From the NCBI GenBank assembly GCA_963664815.2, contig CAXXHB010000003.1:1472001-1536000 (forward strand): a DNA stretch of 64,000 nt, read 5' to 3'. The translations under genes were made by a program, and so were the position numbers. Under the pieces are notes generated by a model, which searched no databases, was not told the DNA's origin, and worked only from the letters and a program-made list of their open reading frames with translations. Positions within the stretch are counted from its first letter, which is position 1, and the number at the start of each line of letters is the position of its first letter. Of the stretch, positions 29,584 through 39,576 are shown piece after piece. Source of the stretch: Spirochaetota bacterium (GTDB taxonomy: Bacteria; Spirochaetota; UBA4802; UBA5550).

Positions 29584-30141
29584 TCAATCAAAGAAGAAAT
29601 GATACTCTACCCGGCAGTTGCCCTGTTTATGCATCAGGCAGCCGTCAATCTCCGGATTCATCACATATTCAATGCCAAGAGTCTTATACCAGCTGTTGAC
29701 CCTGTGCATTACGCCGCACTGGTAATTGTCTATATACCCGCTTTTGCAGACACCTTTATAGGCAAAACAACCGTCTTTTTCCCACTCAAAAACTATTATG
29801 TTCTTTTCCGGAAAAGACAAAGAGGTTTTCATAAAGTCAGGTATTATAAGGTCATATGCGTTGCGAATAAAATGCGCAAGTTCATCAAAACTCTCCGGTT
29901 TTTCCTTCATCCCGAGGATTTCTTTCACTCTTTTAACCTCAAACACTGACATCATCTGAATGGCGGCAAGATTCAACCTGTTTCCTGTTTCAATGCCGCA
30001 TTCTTTTACCGCATTGTAGAACCACATCGCATCATGTGTAATCCATCCCTTTGACAGAAATTCTTTCAGTTCTTTTTTGTTAATCTGATCAAGTGCGTTC
30101 ATAATGTCCTCATTCTCTATTTTAAATTCGGGCAATTTCAT
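29584..30141 (-). CDS. DUF6125-like / ATC-hydrolase-like protein
   Basis: WITHDAMWF, CFAY, YQCGV, CLMH..GNC. Confidence 0.65.
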   Translation of the reverse strand: MKLPEFKIENEDIMNALDQINKKELKEFLSKGWITHDAMWFYNAVKECGIETGNRLNLAAIQMMSVFEVKRVKEILGMKEKPESFDELAHFIRNAYDLIIPDFMKTSLSFPEKNIIVFEWEKDGCFAYKGVCKSGYIDNYQCGVMHRVNSWYKTLGIEYVMNPEIDGCLMHKQGNCRVEYHFFFD

Positions 30142-30151
30142 TTTATAACCC

Positions 30152-31027
30152 TTAACACAGAGCCAGTCTTCCGCTTATGCAGGGTCTGTCATTGCCTCTG
30201 CAGAACAGATCAAATCTGTTTATATTCCCTGATGCCTGATTTTTCAGTGTAAGCATGTTTTCATAATAAACCGGGCCTTTGAGGAAAAAAATCAGCTCGG
30301 CCGGCTTATCTGCAATCTGGCCGGGGAGTTCAGATATGCATTTGGTTATAATCCGGATCGGTTGTGCGAAGTCCCTTTTAAATCCAAACATCCGTGCATA
30401 GAATGAACCATAGTGGATGCCGTTTGTATCACCGGATATTCTCCCGAATCTGAAACGGTTTTTTGCTTCAAGATACCATGCATTAACGACTGATAAATTA
30501 CCGGGTGTTTCAAGTGCCGGATCTTTATAATCAGGACCTGCATTTCCATACCTGCCGCGGTTAAGATATGTAACGGTAATCTCCCATACTTTTTCAGTCC
30601 CGGAATAAACTTCAGCTTTAAAATCAATTTCAAGGCCTTTCGGTGTAATCCTTGATGCAGAGTTGTAACAATCAATATTTATAAGTTCATCAGCTATTAT
30701 TGTACGGAACATTATAATACGGTTTCTTGTATTTAATATTTTAAAATGTGAGAAGGGCATCTCGTTTCTGCATAATATCCTCATCAGATAGGGATATACG
30801 AGAGTAAATGGATAGAGAATATGCAGGCCCTGTGTCTGATCAATTCCGCATATGGCGTTGAATTCGCCTAGATGTGAAGCATCAATCCTGAAATCCGATC
30901 TTTTAACATGGATTTCAGGAATCTTATCAATGCCTTGAAACATGCTTTTCCTGGAACGATAAGCCTGCCATAAAGTTGAAATATCAGATGGCTTCCGGGT
31001 GAAATACAGTGTGACGTTGTTTTTCAT
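30152..31027 (-). CDS. MaoC-like double-hotdog acyl dehydratase
   Basis: FGRISGDTNGIH..ARMFGFKR; GGAGG RBS before ATG 31027. Confidence 0.8.
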   Translation of the reverse strand: MKNNVTLYFTRKPSDISTLWQAYRSRKSMFQGIDKIPEIHVKRSDFRIDASHLGEFNAICGIDQTQGLHILYPFTLVYPYLMRILCRNEMPFSHFKILNTRNRIIMFRTIIADELINIDCYNSASRITPKGLEIDFKAEVYSGTEKVWEITVTYLNRGRYGNAGPDYKDPALETPGNLSVVNAWYLEAKNRFRFGRISGDTNGIHYGSFYARMFGFKRDFAQPIRIITKCISELPGQIADKPAELIFFLKGPVYYENMLTLKNQASGNINRFDLFCRGNDRPCISGRLALC

Positions 31028-31046
31028 AAAATCCTCCAATATTGTA

Positions 31047-31655
31047 TTATTGATTATTTGCAAGTGAGCGCCATACTGAAAGTGAAAGTTCCTTCACGGC
31101 TTCATCAATTTTTGTAACTGTTTTATTGGAAAGATAAAATTTAGTATATTCCTCACAGGGCCCCATCAGCAATGAGAGCAGCAGATCCCATTTAAGATGA
31201 CGTATGGTTCCTGCTTCAATATGCCGGTCAAACCAGCCGGAAACTGTTTTCATGAATTCCCTGTTCAGGCTGGACAGTTTATCCTCATTTTCTTCCAGAA
31301 ATGATGAATGTCTTTTCTGAAAGAGAAACTGAGCCCAATCCCGGTTAACCTGTATCCATTTAAGGTGATATCTTATAACAGCCGTGATCCCCTTAAATGC
31401 ATCAGTCTCCTTAATGATAGTTCTAATCATGCCGGACTGGTAGGCCTCAATACCCTTCAGGTAAACTGCAGCAGCGAGCTGTTCCTTGCTTTTAAAATGA
31501 TGATAAACACTACCCGTGCTTGCATTGGCGGTGGCGCATATATCTGCCATTGATGTATCGGTTAATCCGGAGCTTGTAAAGCATTCAAGAGCGGCCTGTA
31601 TTATATCGGCTGTCCTTTTTTCAGATGATGCATGTTTTGAGTTTAATGTCTTCAT
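31047..31655 (-). CDS. TetR/AcrR family regulator
   Basis: IIQAALECF..TSMADI..STGSVYHHFKSKEQL. Confidence 0.93.
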   Translation of the reverse strand: MKTLNSKHASSEKRTADIIQAALECFTSSGLTDTSMADICATANASTGSVYHHFKSKEQLAAAVYLKGIEAYQSGMIRTIIKETDAFKGITAVIRYHLKWIQVNRDWAQFLFQKRHSSFLEENEDKLSSLNREFMKTVSGWFDRHIEAGTIRHLKWDLLLSLLMGPCEEYTKFYLSNKTVTKIDEAVKELSLSVWRSLANNQ

Positions 31656-31692
31656 ATATTAGAATTATATTCTAATATATGATTCTAGTCAA
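31652..31692 (-). promoter_or_regulatory. Near-consensus promoter of an apparently leaderless tetR, overlapped by a perfect 14-3-14 operator palindrome
   Basis: Minus strand TTGACT-17-TATAAT-8 nt-ATG; tcatatattagaat-tat-attctaatatatga at 31652-31682. Confidence 0.8.
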
Positions 31693-31710
31693 CATATTAA
31701 TTTTTTTTTG

Positions 31711-31768
31711 AAATAAATTGCTCTATTTCCCCGCTGCCAAAGGCATCGGGGAAATATCATTTTATTAA
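31711..31768 (-). repeat. Dispersed hairpin repeat, copy D (reverse orientation; may also act as a terminator)
   Basis: Reverse complement aaaatgatatttccccgatgcctttggcagcggggaaatagagcaattt aligns with copy C. Confidence 0.55.
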
Positions 31769-31774
31769 AGTCTG

Positions 31775-32104
31775 TCAGTCGTTAAGATCTTTTTTTATTG
31801 AGTGATATTCTTCTTTAGTAATTTCTCCTTTAGCGTAGCGTGTTTTGAGAATATTCAAAGAGTTATTACCTGTGACTATCTCAGTCTTGTTGTTTTTTAT
31901 ATGCTTAAAGGCCATAAATGCCAACAATCCCAGTATTATAAGAATTATAATCATCATAATGAATCCTCCTGCATGAAATCCTCCATTCCAGCCGGGTCCT
32001 ATGCCCGGTCCGTATCCGCACATTCCCTGATTGCCCCCCCAGGCTAAAAGCATTGTGGGAAGGGTCAGCGATAATGCTGTAAGTGCTATAATTTTACCTT
32101 TCAT
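31775..32104 (-). CDS. SHOCT-domain membrane protein
   Basis: Gly-rich N-terminus, TM, ILKTRYAKGEITKEEY. Confidence 0.88.
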   Translation of the reverse strand: MKGKIIALTALSLTLPTMLLAWGGNQGMCGYGPGIGPGWNGGFHAGGFIMMIIILIILGLLAFMAFKHIKNNKTEIVTGNNSLNILKTRYAKGEITKEEYHSIKKDLND

Positions 32105-32176
32105 TTAATTTCTCCTGTTCATAATTAATGGCTCTATTCATAGAATTCTTCTTCATATATAAATCCATGTTCTATG

Positions 32177-32584
32177 CTACCTCCAGGGGCAGAATCCGTA
32201 TTTTCTCCCATCCCTGTCTTTGCTGAATTCATCCAGCTTTTTCTTCTGGTCAGCTGTGAGTACACTCTCTACAGCTTTTTTATGCTCGGCCCTTAAAGAA
32301 CTGATTTTGTCGGCATTGTCACGGTTTTTAAAGAACTTTGAGCTGTAGTCGGAATCGATCTTAATGATTTTATCTATCTGATCGTCGCTGAGTCCTGCTT
32401 TTTCTTTCAGGAAAACAAGATGACCGTAACCATGCATGCCGTAACCCATCATATAACCCTGACCGTTCTTCTCTGTATTATTCCCTCCGCAGCATCCATT
32501 TCCTGAACCACCCCATGCATAGAGTGAATTAGCTCCCAGAGCGATAACTGAACCGATTGCCAGACCGATTAACAATTTTTTCAT
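32177..32584 (-). CDS. Spy/CpxP-like periplasmic protein
   Basis: Signal peptide, GYMMGYGMHG, LSDDQ and LTADQ (LTxxQ-type) motifs. Confidence 0.75.
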   Translation of the reverse strand: MKKLLIGLAIGSVIALGANSLYAWGGSGNGCCGGNNTEKNGQGYMMGYGMHGYGHLVFLKEKAGLSDDQIDKIIKIDSDYSSKFFKNRDNADKISSLRAEHKKAVESVLTADQKKKLDEFSKDRDGRKYGFCPWR

Positions 32585-32729
32585 AATTTAACCTCTTGTT
32601 TAATTTTTAAATATTAGACCCCTTGCCGGGGCATAAAGTTCCATTTATTTAGAAAATAATTAAATACTTTATTGATTTAGTGGCTAATTGTTATATTTAA
32701 AAGACAATGTTAATTCGTTAATGTAAGAT

Positions 32730-32802
32730 TTAGTGTAAAAAAACACTATATCTCCCGGCCACCGAAGGCGGCCGGGAGATATAGTGTTTTTTTATTATAA
32801 AA
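32730..32802 (+). repeat. Dispersed hairpin repeat, copy A (near-perfect long stem)
   Basis: ttagtgtaaaaaaacactatatctcccggcc-accgaaggc-ggccgggagatatagtgttttttt. Confidence 0.8.
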
Positions 32803-32991
32803 GATTATGAATTATTACTGTTTATAAAAAAAAATTATTAATCACTTTTAATTGTAAGTAATCTTAATTCAATATTACTTATGAGTGTATGAGGTATATA
32901 ATGTATCAATGGTGCTTTATATTTCTAAATAATAAATTTTTTCTGCCGAAAATATAATGATGGTCTATTTTTGTTTCATTAAGAGAATTTT

Positions 32992-34722
32992 ATGAGAAAG
33001 TTAATACTATATTTTGATCCTTCAGTTCAGGCAATACTTGTAAAGAAAACCGCAGAAGATGGAGAGACTAAGGTTGTTCTCTCATCAAGGCATAATTTTG
33101 TTTCTGAAAATGAAATAGTAGCACGTATAGTGGATATTAAAACCGATGAAGATCCGGCATCATATATCGATGAAGGTTATGATTATCATAATGTTGTGGA
33201 TTATTTTAATTTTTCAACGGGAGCAGGTATTCATTTTGACGAAGTTTCAAAGTCATACAGGGCATCATATTATGGCTTTGCAGTACTGAAAGATGCCAGG
33301 ATTTCATTGCTGTCCCCGCTTGTTCTGTCGAAGGATAAGACGAAAGCCTATTATAATATTCTCCCTACAAGATTCGGAAATTTCCCTTCTTATAACGAAA
33401 TAGTGGAGATTCTGCATGCTGAAAAAATAATATCTGTTATAACACGTGAAAAATATGAAAAACAGATTTCTGAAATTGATCTGAATCATCCTCATATGAC
33501 AAGAGTTGTAGTAGCTGAAGGGAGAGAACCGGTAAACGGTTATGATGAGTATTTTGAGCCGTTGCTGAGTTTTGAAAAGCAGGCGGGCAGAATTATGTCT
33601 AATGGACGTATAGATTATAAAGAGGTGGGATCAATCATCCAGGTACAGAAGAATCAGGAGATTCTTCAGTCAATACCGGCGGTAAAACCTGAGGACGGAT
33701 ATGATATTTTTGGCGATAAGGTTATGGCTGTAAAAGTTGATAAGAAGGGATTAAAAAAAGGTGAAAACCTTCTTCAGTCAGGTTTTGATCTGTCAATATA
33801 CCTTGCCGGGATTGATGGATGTATAAATATAGAAAATGGAAAAGTAAGTGTTCTTCCCGTAGCAGTGATAAACGGCGATGTGGGGCTGGATTCCGGCAAT
33901 ATAATATTTAACGGAACTGTTCATGTTACAGGATCAGTGCTTCCGGGATTCAGGGTTCAGGCTGACATGGATATTATTGTGGACAGGGATGTAGAGGATG
34001 CTCAGCTCAGGGCCGGTGGAGATATAACGGTAAAACTCGGAGTTGTAGGGAAAGAGGCTGTTAAACTCGTTGCTAAGGGTAATATCACCGCTAAGTTTAT
34101 GCAGAACGCAAAGATTGAGGCTGGAAAAAGCGTTACAGTGGATGATTCAATAATAAACTGTGATATTATTTCATATGACACTGTTACTGTCACAAGTAAA
34201 AGCGGGAAAATTATCGGGGGAAAAGTAGCAGCTCTTTACGAGATCAAGGCACAGACTATAGGAACTCAGACAGAAACAGCAACATCGCTTACAACGGGTA
34301 GAAATTTTATACTGGAAGACCAGATAAATAAAAAACGTACTGAAATAATAATGGTAAAACAGAGAGTTGAAGAGATTAATACAACAATTAAGATGCAGTT
34401 TGGCGAAGAGATATTCAAAAATCCGAAGGAATATATTAAAATACTTCCTCCTGTGAAAAAGAAAAACTGCCTGATACTTTTAAATGACCTTGGAAACGCC
34501 AATGCTGTTATGAAAAAACTTTCAGAGGAAGCTAAAGCAATAGAGGAAAAAATGAAATTTGAAAAGGAACCTGTTATCATTGCGACAAACAGGGTTTATC
34601 CCGGAGTAGTAATAAATATCAAAAAAAGTGTTAAAAAAATTGATCGTGCTATCGAGAATGTGAAATTCTTTGAGGATCAGCTTGATAAAACGGTAAGATT
34701 TGTTGCGGCAAATCAGGTCTGA
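32992..34722 (+). CDS. DUF342/FapA family protein
   Basis: GRIDYKE, GDVGLDSGNIIFNGTVHVTGSV, IIGG, VYPGV. Confidence 0.9.
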   Translation: MRKLILYFDPSVQAILVKKTAEDGETKVVLSSRHNFVSENEIVARIVDIKTDEDPASYIDEGYDYHNVVDYFNFSTGAGIHFDEVSKSYRASYYGFAVLKDARISLLSPLVLSKDKTKAYYNILPTRFGNFPSYNEIVEILHAEKIISVITREKYEKQISEIDLNHPHMTRVVVAEGREPVNGYDEYFEPLLSFEKQAGRIMSNGRIDYKEVGSIIQVQKNQEILQSIPAVKPEDGYDIFGDKVMAVKVDKKGLKKGENLLQSGFDLSIYLAGIDGCINIENGKVSVLPVAVINGDVGLDSGNIIFNGTVHVTGSVLPGFRVQADMDIIVDRDVEDAQLRAGGDITVKLGVVGKEAVKLVAKGNITAKFMQNAKIEAGKSVTVDDSIINCDIISYDTVTVTSKSGKIIGGKVAALYEIKAQTIGTQTETATSLTTGRNFILEDQINKKRTEIIMVKQRVEEINTTIKMQFGEEIFKNPKEYIKILPPVKKKNCLILLNDLGNANAVMKKLSEEAKAIEEKMKFEKEPVIIATNRVYPGVVINIKKSVKKIDRAIENVKFFEDQLDKTVRFVAANQV

Positions 34723-34946
34723 TACAATTATATCATGGTTGAAGGCCCGGATTTATTAATGAACCGGAGATTTAAGTTAAGTAATTGAATATTCAATTCG
34801 GCTCTTTATATACAGGTTAAATCCATATCTTCTCTATATTTTTAAAATATAATACTATAGAATTATTGACATAACAGCTCTGTTAATGTTTATGTATCGG
34901 GTTGCCTGATTCAGGCAGTATTTATTTTATTAATTGGAGAACAGTT

Positions 34947-35108
34947 ATGAGCATGCCCGGAATTGGTGAATTACTAATAATATTTATGATAGTTCTTGTG
35001 CTTTTCGGTGCAGGAAAAATCCCTAAAATTGCAAAGGATATGGGAAGCGGGATAAGAGAGTTTAAAAAAGCGATGTCCGGCGAAACGGATAAAGATAAAG
35101 AAGCATAA
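34947..35108 (+). CDS. tatA: Twin-arginine translocase subunit TatA
   Basis: [35 protein letters not shown]; GGAG RBS. Confidence 0.93.
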   Translation: MSMPGIGELLIIFMIVLVLFGAGKIPKIAKDMGSGIREFKKAMSGETDKDKEA

Positions 35109-35230
35109 TCAAGATTAATAACTGATGCTATAGCATAATGAATACGTAAAGAAAATGCTGATATTTTCTGAAAACAGCAGAACATCCATAAAGAATAATG
35201 CCGGTCTGAAAGGCTTCAGGTTACATTACT

Positions 35231-35941
35231 ATGAGCATCTCTGAAGAAATATATTCCATTCTGTTGAGTTCTTACGGCAGGCAGGGCTGGTGGCCGGTTG
35301 TCAGCAATAGAACAGGGATCAGTGAATATGGAACAGGTGCCCCGCTTGACGACAGTGACAGATTTGAAATTATAATAGGGGCAATACTAACTCAGAATGT
35401 CGCATGGAAAAATGTTGAAAAGGCGCTGAAATCTCTGAAAAAAAATAAACTGGTCTCTCCGGAAAAACTTCATAAAACCCGGGATCAGGTTATTGCAGAA
35501 TGCATCAGGCCTACAGGTTATTATAACCAGAAAACAATCAAAATAAAGAATTTTCTTAACTGGTTTGCCGGAATGAACTATTCATTTGATGAGTTGAAAA
35601 AAATGAAAACCGGAACTTTGAGAGATCGGCTGCTTGATATAAATGGTATCGGGCCTGAGACTGCAGATTCAATTTTACTTTATGCAATGAACAGGAAAAT
35701 TTTCGTAATAGATGCATATACAAAGAGAATTTTTTCCAGATTAAATCTTATATCATCCGGCGACAGCTACGATACTGTGCAGAAATTTTTTCACGCTGAA
35801 TACAACGGAACTATCAGGAAATACAATGAGTACCATGCATTGATTGTTGCTCATGGAAAGGATATATGTAAAAATAAACCTCTTTGCGAAGGATGCTGTA
35901 TTTCACATTTCTGTTCCTTTAAAAATCAGGCTGCAGGGTGA
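35231..35941 (+). CDS. HhH-GPD DNA glycosylase (endonuclease III-related) with Fe-S loop
   Basis: GAILTQN, LLDINGIGPETAD (Glu rather than Lys), VIDAY, CKNKPLCEGC..C. Confidence 0.9.
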   Translation: MSISEEIYSILLSSYGRQGWWPVVSNRTGISEYGTGAPLDDSDRFEIIIGAILTQNVAWKNVEKALKSLKKNKLVSPEKLHKTRDQVIAECIRPTGYYNQKTIKIKNFLNWFAGMNYSFDELKKMKTGTLRDRLLDINGIGPETADSILLYAMNRKIFVIDAYTKRIFSRLNLISSGDSYDTVQKFFHAEYNGTIRKYNEYHALIVAHGKDICKNKPLCEGCCISHFCSFKNQAAG

Positions 35942-36074
35942 TTCCCGGAAAACCTCATTTAAAATTTAAGATAACCTGTGCATAGTTTTATGCTACTACC
36001 GGCATCATATAATTACCAAAGATCTTTTACAGTTATAATACTGAATTAATTTATCTTGACAGTTATACCTGAGA

Positions 36075-37379
36075 ATGAGGTATCGTAAAAACCAAGCCGG
36101 AGATAAAACAGGATTGCTGATGGGTAGAGAAAGAGACTTCAATAATTCAAACATAAAAGAAAACAAAGAACTGGTCTCTTATGTTCAGAGGCTTGAGCGT
36201 GAAACAAAAATCAGGTTCAGCGGTCCGGAACCGCTTGCGAAGATGAAATATGAAGATGAACTTCGTTCCAAGGACAGGGCATTTTCATCATACTGGAACG
36301 ACATAACAGGCAAATGTTCCGCCGGAGTAATAATACCTTCTCCGATGCCGAGAAAATACCGGACAACAACCAAGAGGCGCATACACATTTCCCAGAGAGG
36401 TTTACTCCTTAGCTCGGATGAATCATTAAAAACGGATAAACCCTCACTCCTTGAACCGGACTCTCATTATGATATTTACAGGATACTTGCGGAGCTGCTG
36501 AATACCCAGATTAATAAAACTATTTCGAAGTACCTGAACTTTGTGATAATTCGCGGCGATTATGAAACCCATACGATAATATTTAATGTAAAGAGAATAA
36601 ACGCTGATGTGGTGAAAGGTTTCACTAAAATCTCCGGGAAATTAAAAGAACAGGTAACCAGGATTAACAGTGCTTTCTTATTTCACGATCCTGACGGTTC
36701 CAAATATTACCTGAATGCATCTTCCGAGGTCGACGGGCTGAGACTTAAAAGGCTTTTCGGAAACAGGATGATAACTCTTCGTGCAGGAGGAATTACATAT
36801 AAGTATTCTCCCGATGGTTTTTCACAGGTAAATCTTTCAATTTGCGGGGCTATGCTTGAAACAGCCGGTTCACTGCTCTCGCACAGGGATGGAGGGAGAC
36901 TTCTTGATCTTTATTCCGGTTACGGTTTTTTCTCCTGCTATCTTGCTCAGGACTTCAATGAAATAACAGGAATGGATTTTTCGGAGTCGTCGATTGATTC
37001 TGCAAGAGAAAACATGAAGATGCTGAAGCCATCTGCAAAGTGGACCTTTCATTCGAAGAAGATAGATGTACGTTCATTGAGGGATTCGCTCCCTGAACCG
37101 GGGATAGAGGAATACATAATTCTTGATCCGCCGAGAAACGGGACAGCGCCCGGCGTGATAGAAACAATTGCCGGAAGAAATCCTGAACTTGTCCTGCATA
37201 TTTTCTGCGGGGTTGAGACAATTCCTGACGGGATAAATTCCTGGAGGAATTCAGGGTATGATCCGGTTAAGTGCATACCTCTTGACATGTTTCCCGGCAC
37301 ACCTGACGTTGAGGTAATGGTGCTTCTTGAGAAGGTTCAGTCCTTAAAAACATCGTCACGTTCAAAATCGGGGAGATAG
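36075..37379 (+). CDS. RlmD/TrmA-family RNA m5U methyltransferase lacking TRAM and Fe-S motifs
   Basis: FSQVN, LDLYSGYG, ILDPPRNG, HIFC, DMFPGTPDVE. Confidence 0.82.
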   Translation: MRYRKNQAGDKTGLLMGRERDFNNSNIKENKELVSYVQRLERETKIRFSGPEPLAKMKYEDELRSKDRAFSSYWNDITGKCSAGVIIPSPMPRKYRTTTKRRIHISQRGLLLSSDESLKTDKPSLLEPDSHYDIYRILAELLNTQINKTISKYLNFVIIRGDYETHTIIFNVKRINADVVKGFTKISGKLKEQVTRINSAFLFHDPDGSKYYLNASSEVDGLRLKRLFGNRMITLRAGGITYKYSPDGFSQVNLSICGAMLETAGSLLSHRDGGRLLDLYSGYGFFSCYLAQDFNEITGMDFSESSIDSARENMKMLKPSAKWTFHSKKIDVRSLRDSLPEPGIEEYIILDPPRNGTAPGVIETIAGRNPELVLHIFCGVETIPDGINSWRNSGYDPVKCIPLDMFPGTPDVEVMVLLEKVQSLKTSSRSKSGR

Positions 37380-38254
37380 GATATGTGACTGCCCATCTCC
37401 TGTAACATGAGATTTGTAAATCCGAGGATACAGGCGTAATCCGCAACTCTTTCATACTCTTCTGCGGATAATGTTCTGTTCAGCTCAGGATATTCCCTGT
37501 CTGAGTTCAGAGAAAATGGATGGTACTGGGACATCAGCGATATGTTTATCCGCCGGTCGACTGATTCGAGAAAGTCCAGCACCTGCAGCGAACTTTCAAT
37601 ATGCCCGGGAATCACAAGATGCCTCACTGCAATGCCTTTATATGCAAGGCCGTTATGGTCAGTCTGAAGAAGACCTGCCTGGCTGAACATTTTTTTTATG
37701 CATTCCTTTCCGTGCGTATACAGCCCAGGAGCATCTGAGAGTTTCCTTCCGGTTACATCATCTCCGTACTTTATATCCGGGAGATAGATATCGATCAGGC
37801 CTGCAAGCGAATCTACTGTCTCGGGGGAATCATAGCCATGAGTGTTATAGACAAAGGGGAGCGTGAAACCTGAATTTTTCGCCTTTATAACAGCCTCACG
37901 TATCTGAGGAACATAGGGAGTGGGAGATACAAAATTTATATTGGACGCTCCCATCCTTTCAAGCTCCCGGAATATATCAAGGAGTCTCTCTGCGGAAGCT
38001 GTTTCCACAACATCAGCTCTGTCAGCAGTTCTCCATCTGCTGATCTGAAAGTTCTGGCAGAACCGGCAGCGCAGAGTGCATCCGGCGAAGAATATTGTAC
38101 CTGATCCATGCTTTCCAGTAAGGAAAGGCTCCTCGCCACTGTGCAGCCCGTAGTGCGAAACGTATGTTTTATCATCAATGCCGCATCTTCCGGTCTGGAT
38201 ACTACGGTCAACTCCGCACCGGAAATTACATAAATTACATCTGTTGGCTGACAG
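37337..38254 (-). CDS. PflX-like radical SAM protein, probably initiated at CTG
   Basis: Frame is open from CTG 38254: CNLCNFRCGVDR, GEEP, GSGTIFFAGCTLRCRFCQN, YNTHGYD, DIYLPDIKY, VRHLVIPG, MSQYHP; an in-frame TAA lies just upstream. Confidence 0.9.
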   Translation of the reverse strand: MSANRCNLCNFRCGVDRSIQTGRCGIDDKTYVSHYGLHSGEEPFLTGKHGSGTIFFAGCTLRCRFCQNFQISRWRTADRADVVETASAERLLDIFRELERMGASNINFVSPTPYVPQIREAVIKAKNSGFTLPFVYNTHGYDSPETVDSLAGLIDIYLPDIKYGDDVTGRKLSDAPGLYTHGKECIKKMFSQAGLLQTDHNGLAYKGIAVRHLVIPGHIESSLQVLDFLESVDRRINISLMSQYHPFSLNSDREYPELNRTLSAEEYERVADYACILGFTNLMLQEMGSHISYLPDFERDDVFKD

Positions 38255-38255
38255 C

Positions 38256-39089
38256 TTATTTTACCTTTATTTTTATTCTTTTCTGTACTACATAACCGCC
38301 GTTAGGCCAGTCGTAATATACTCTCACTTCATAATCACCCGGTTCGGCAATTTTAAATGTATAGCTCCCCGATTTCTGCCCGTATGTATAAAACCAGTCC
38401 CCGTAAACTGTGTCAGGTTCAGATTCCTTAACAAGCGTTATCCAGTCATTCTGGTTTCCGGGAAGGTCTGAATATGTAATTGTTATATGTTCTGTTTTTG
38501 AATATATTTTCTTGTTAAGCCTGATTTCGGCCATTCTGTCCTTAATGTCTTCAATTATCTCATTGCCCTGCTGATTATTACCGGTGTTATCCTCTGCTGA
38601 AATGCCGGTTGTAAGTTTTTCATCTGTTGAAGCGAGGATAATCCCCTTTTCACTCTGGATCACCCTGGCGATGAACTCCACTTCTTTATCTGTTACATGA
38701 ATAGTACCTATGACAACTGCGTCAACTGCAAGTATCCTGCCGATCTTTGCAGCAGTACCGGCATCTATTGTACCTGTCATGGAGAGGCTCTGCTCTTTCA
38801 GAATCTGGTCAATTCTCGAACGTTCAATCACTGTGAGATCACCTTTTTTAACAATGTAATGTGTCAGTTTTTCTGTGGCGAATTTACCATAACTGTCATC
38901 TTTTCTGCCGATTACTTCAAATCCGTAAATTGCAATTGTTTTATTCTGAAGTTTGTTTTCGACTTTTGACAATGTTTCAGCCATTTTTTCATATATTTTA
39001 TCTGCATCCGAACTTTCTTTTCCCGTAACAGGAATAAGGGAGATAGCGAACCATATAGTAACAAAAAGCATTTTCATATATTTCATCAT
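38256..39089 (-). CDS. Secreted FlgO/CsgG-like domain protein with a C-terminal Ig-like domain
   Basis: VIERSRIDQILKEQSLSMTG, IGRILAVDAVVIG; DWITL..GDYEVRVY. Confidence 0.78.
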   Translation of the reverse strand: MMKYMKMLFVTIWFAISLIPVTGKESSDADKIYEKMAETLSKVENKLQNKTIAIYGFEVIGRKDDSYGKFATEKLTHYIVKKGDLTVIERSRIDQILKEQSLSMTGTIDAGTAAKIGRILAVDAVVIGTIHVTDKEVEFIARVIQSEKGIILASTDEKLTTGISAEDNTGNNQQGNEIIEDIKDRMAEIRLNKKIYSKTEHITITYSDLPGNQNDWITLVKESEPDTVYGDWFYTYGQKSGSYTFKIAEPGDYEVRVYYDWPNGGYVVQKRIKIKVK

Positions 39090-39134
39090 GCCGGTTAACC
39101 CCTTTAACGTTTATTGTATCTGCTTAAGCTGAAT

Positions 39135-39237
39135 TAATAATATCAATGTTATCTCCTGAACATATCTTAGTGTAAAATAAATGACTATATCTCTCCATCG
39201 GCTTCTGCAGCAAAGAGTATTTTCTATTGTAAAAATA
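39135..39237 (+). repeat. Dispersed hairpin repeat, copy B (degenerate stem)
   Basis: ttagtgtaaaataaatgactatatctct; about 30 bp upstream also resembles copy C. Confidence 0.65.
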
Positions 39238-39345
39238 TAAAAAGTTCAGGAATTAGTCTTGAATTAACAGATAACCTGAAATAAATTTAATATGATTCTG
39301 AGTGTACGTCAATTTGTAAATATTAATATTTTATTATATTTCAAA

Positions 39346-39576
39346 CTATTTTAACTTTGTTATTAAACTGAAAATTAATGAAACAATTATACTCAGTATA
39401 ATGCATGTAGTGATCGGGAAATAGAATGAAAAGTTTTCCCTTTTTATATTTATATCACCGGGAAGTTTTCCTATATACTTTAATATCTGGAGTTTTTCTC
39501 CATATATAAAAATAATTCCTGTGATAAGTGCTGCTGTCCCGATGATAATCAGTATTCTCCCAATCTGCTGATTCAT
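39346..39576 (-). CDS. DUF2905 membrane protein
   Basis: GKLPGDI..NFSFYFPITTCIILS. Confidence 0.92.
   Translation of the reverse strand: MNQQIGRILIIIGTAALITGIIFIYGEKLQILKYIGKLPGDINIKRENFSFYFPITTCIILSIIVSLIFSLITKLK

Noticed and set aside
29578-29949. 123-aa plus-strand ORF and the many other 60-160 aa antisense ORFs in the track
   Set aside because: They lie opposite well-supported genes and have no motifs or RBS; treated as shadow ORFs
37936-38211. 91-aa ORF suggesting a frameshifted radical SAM gene
   Set aside because: The true N-terminus is in frame with 37337-38008; this ORF is an off-frame shadow
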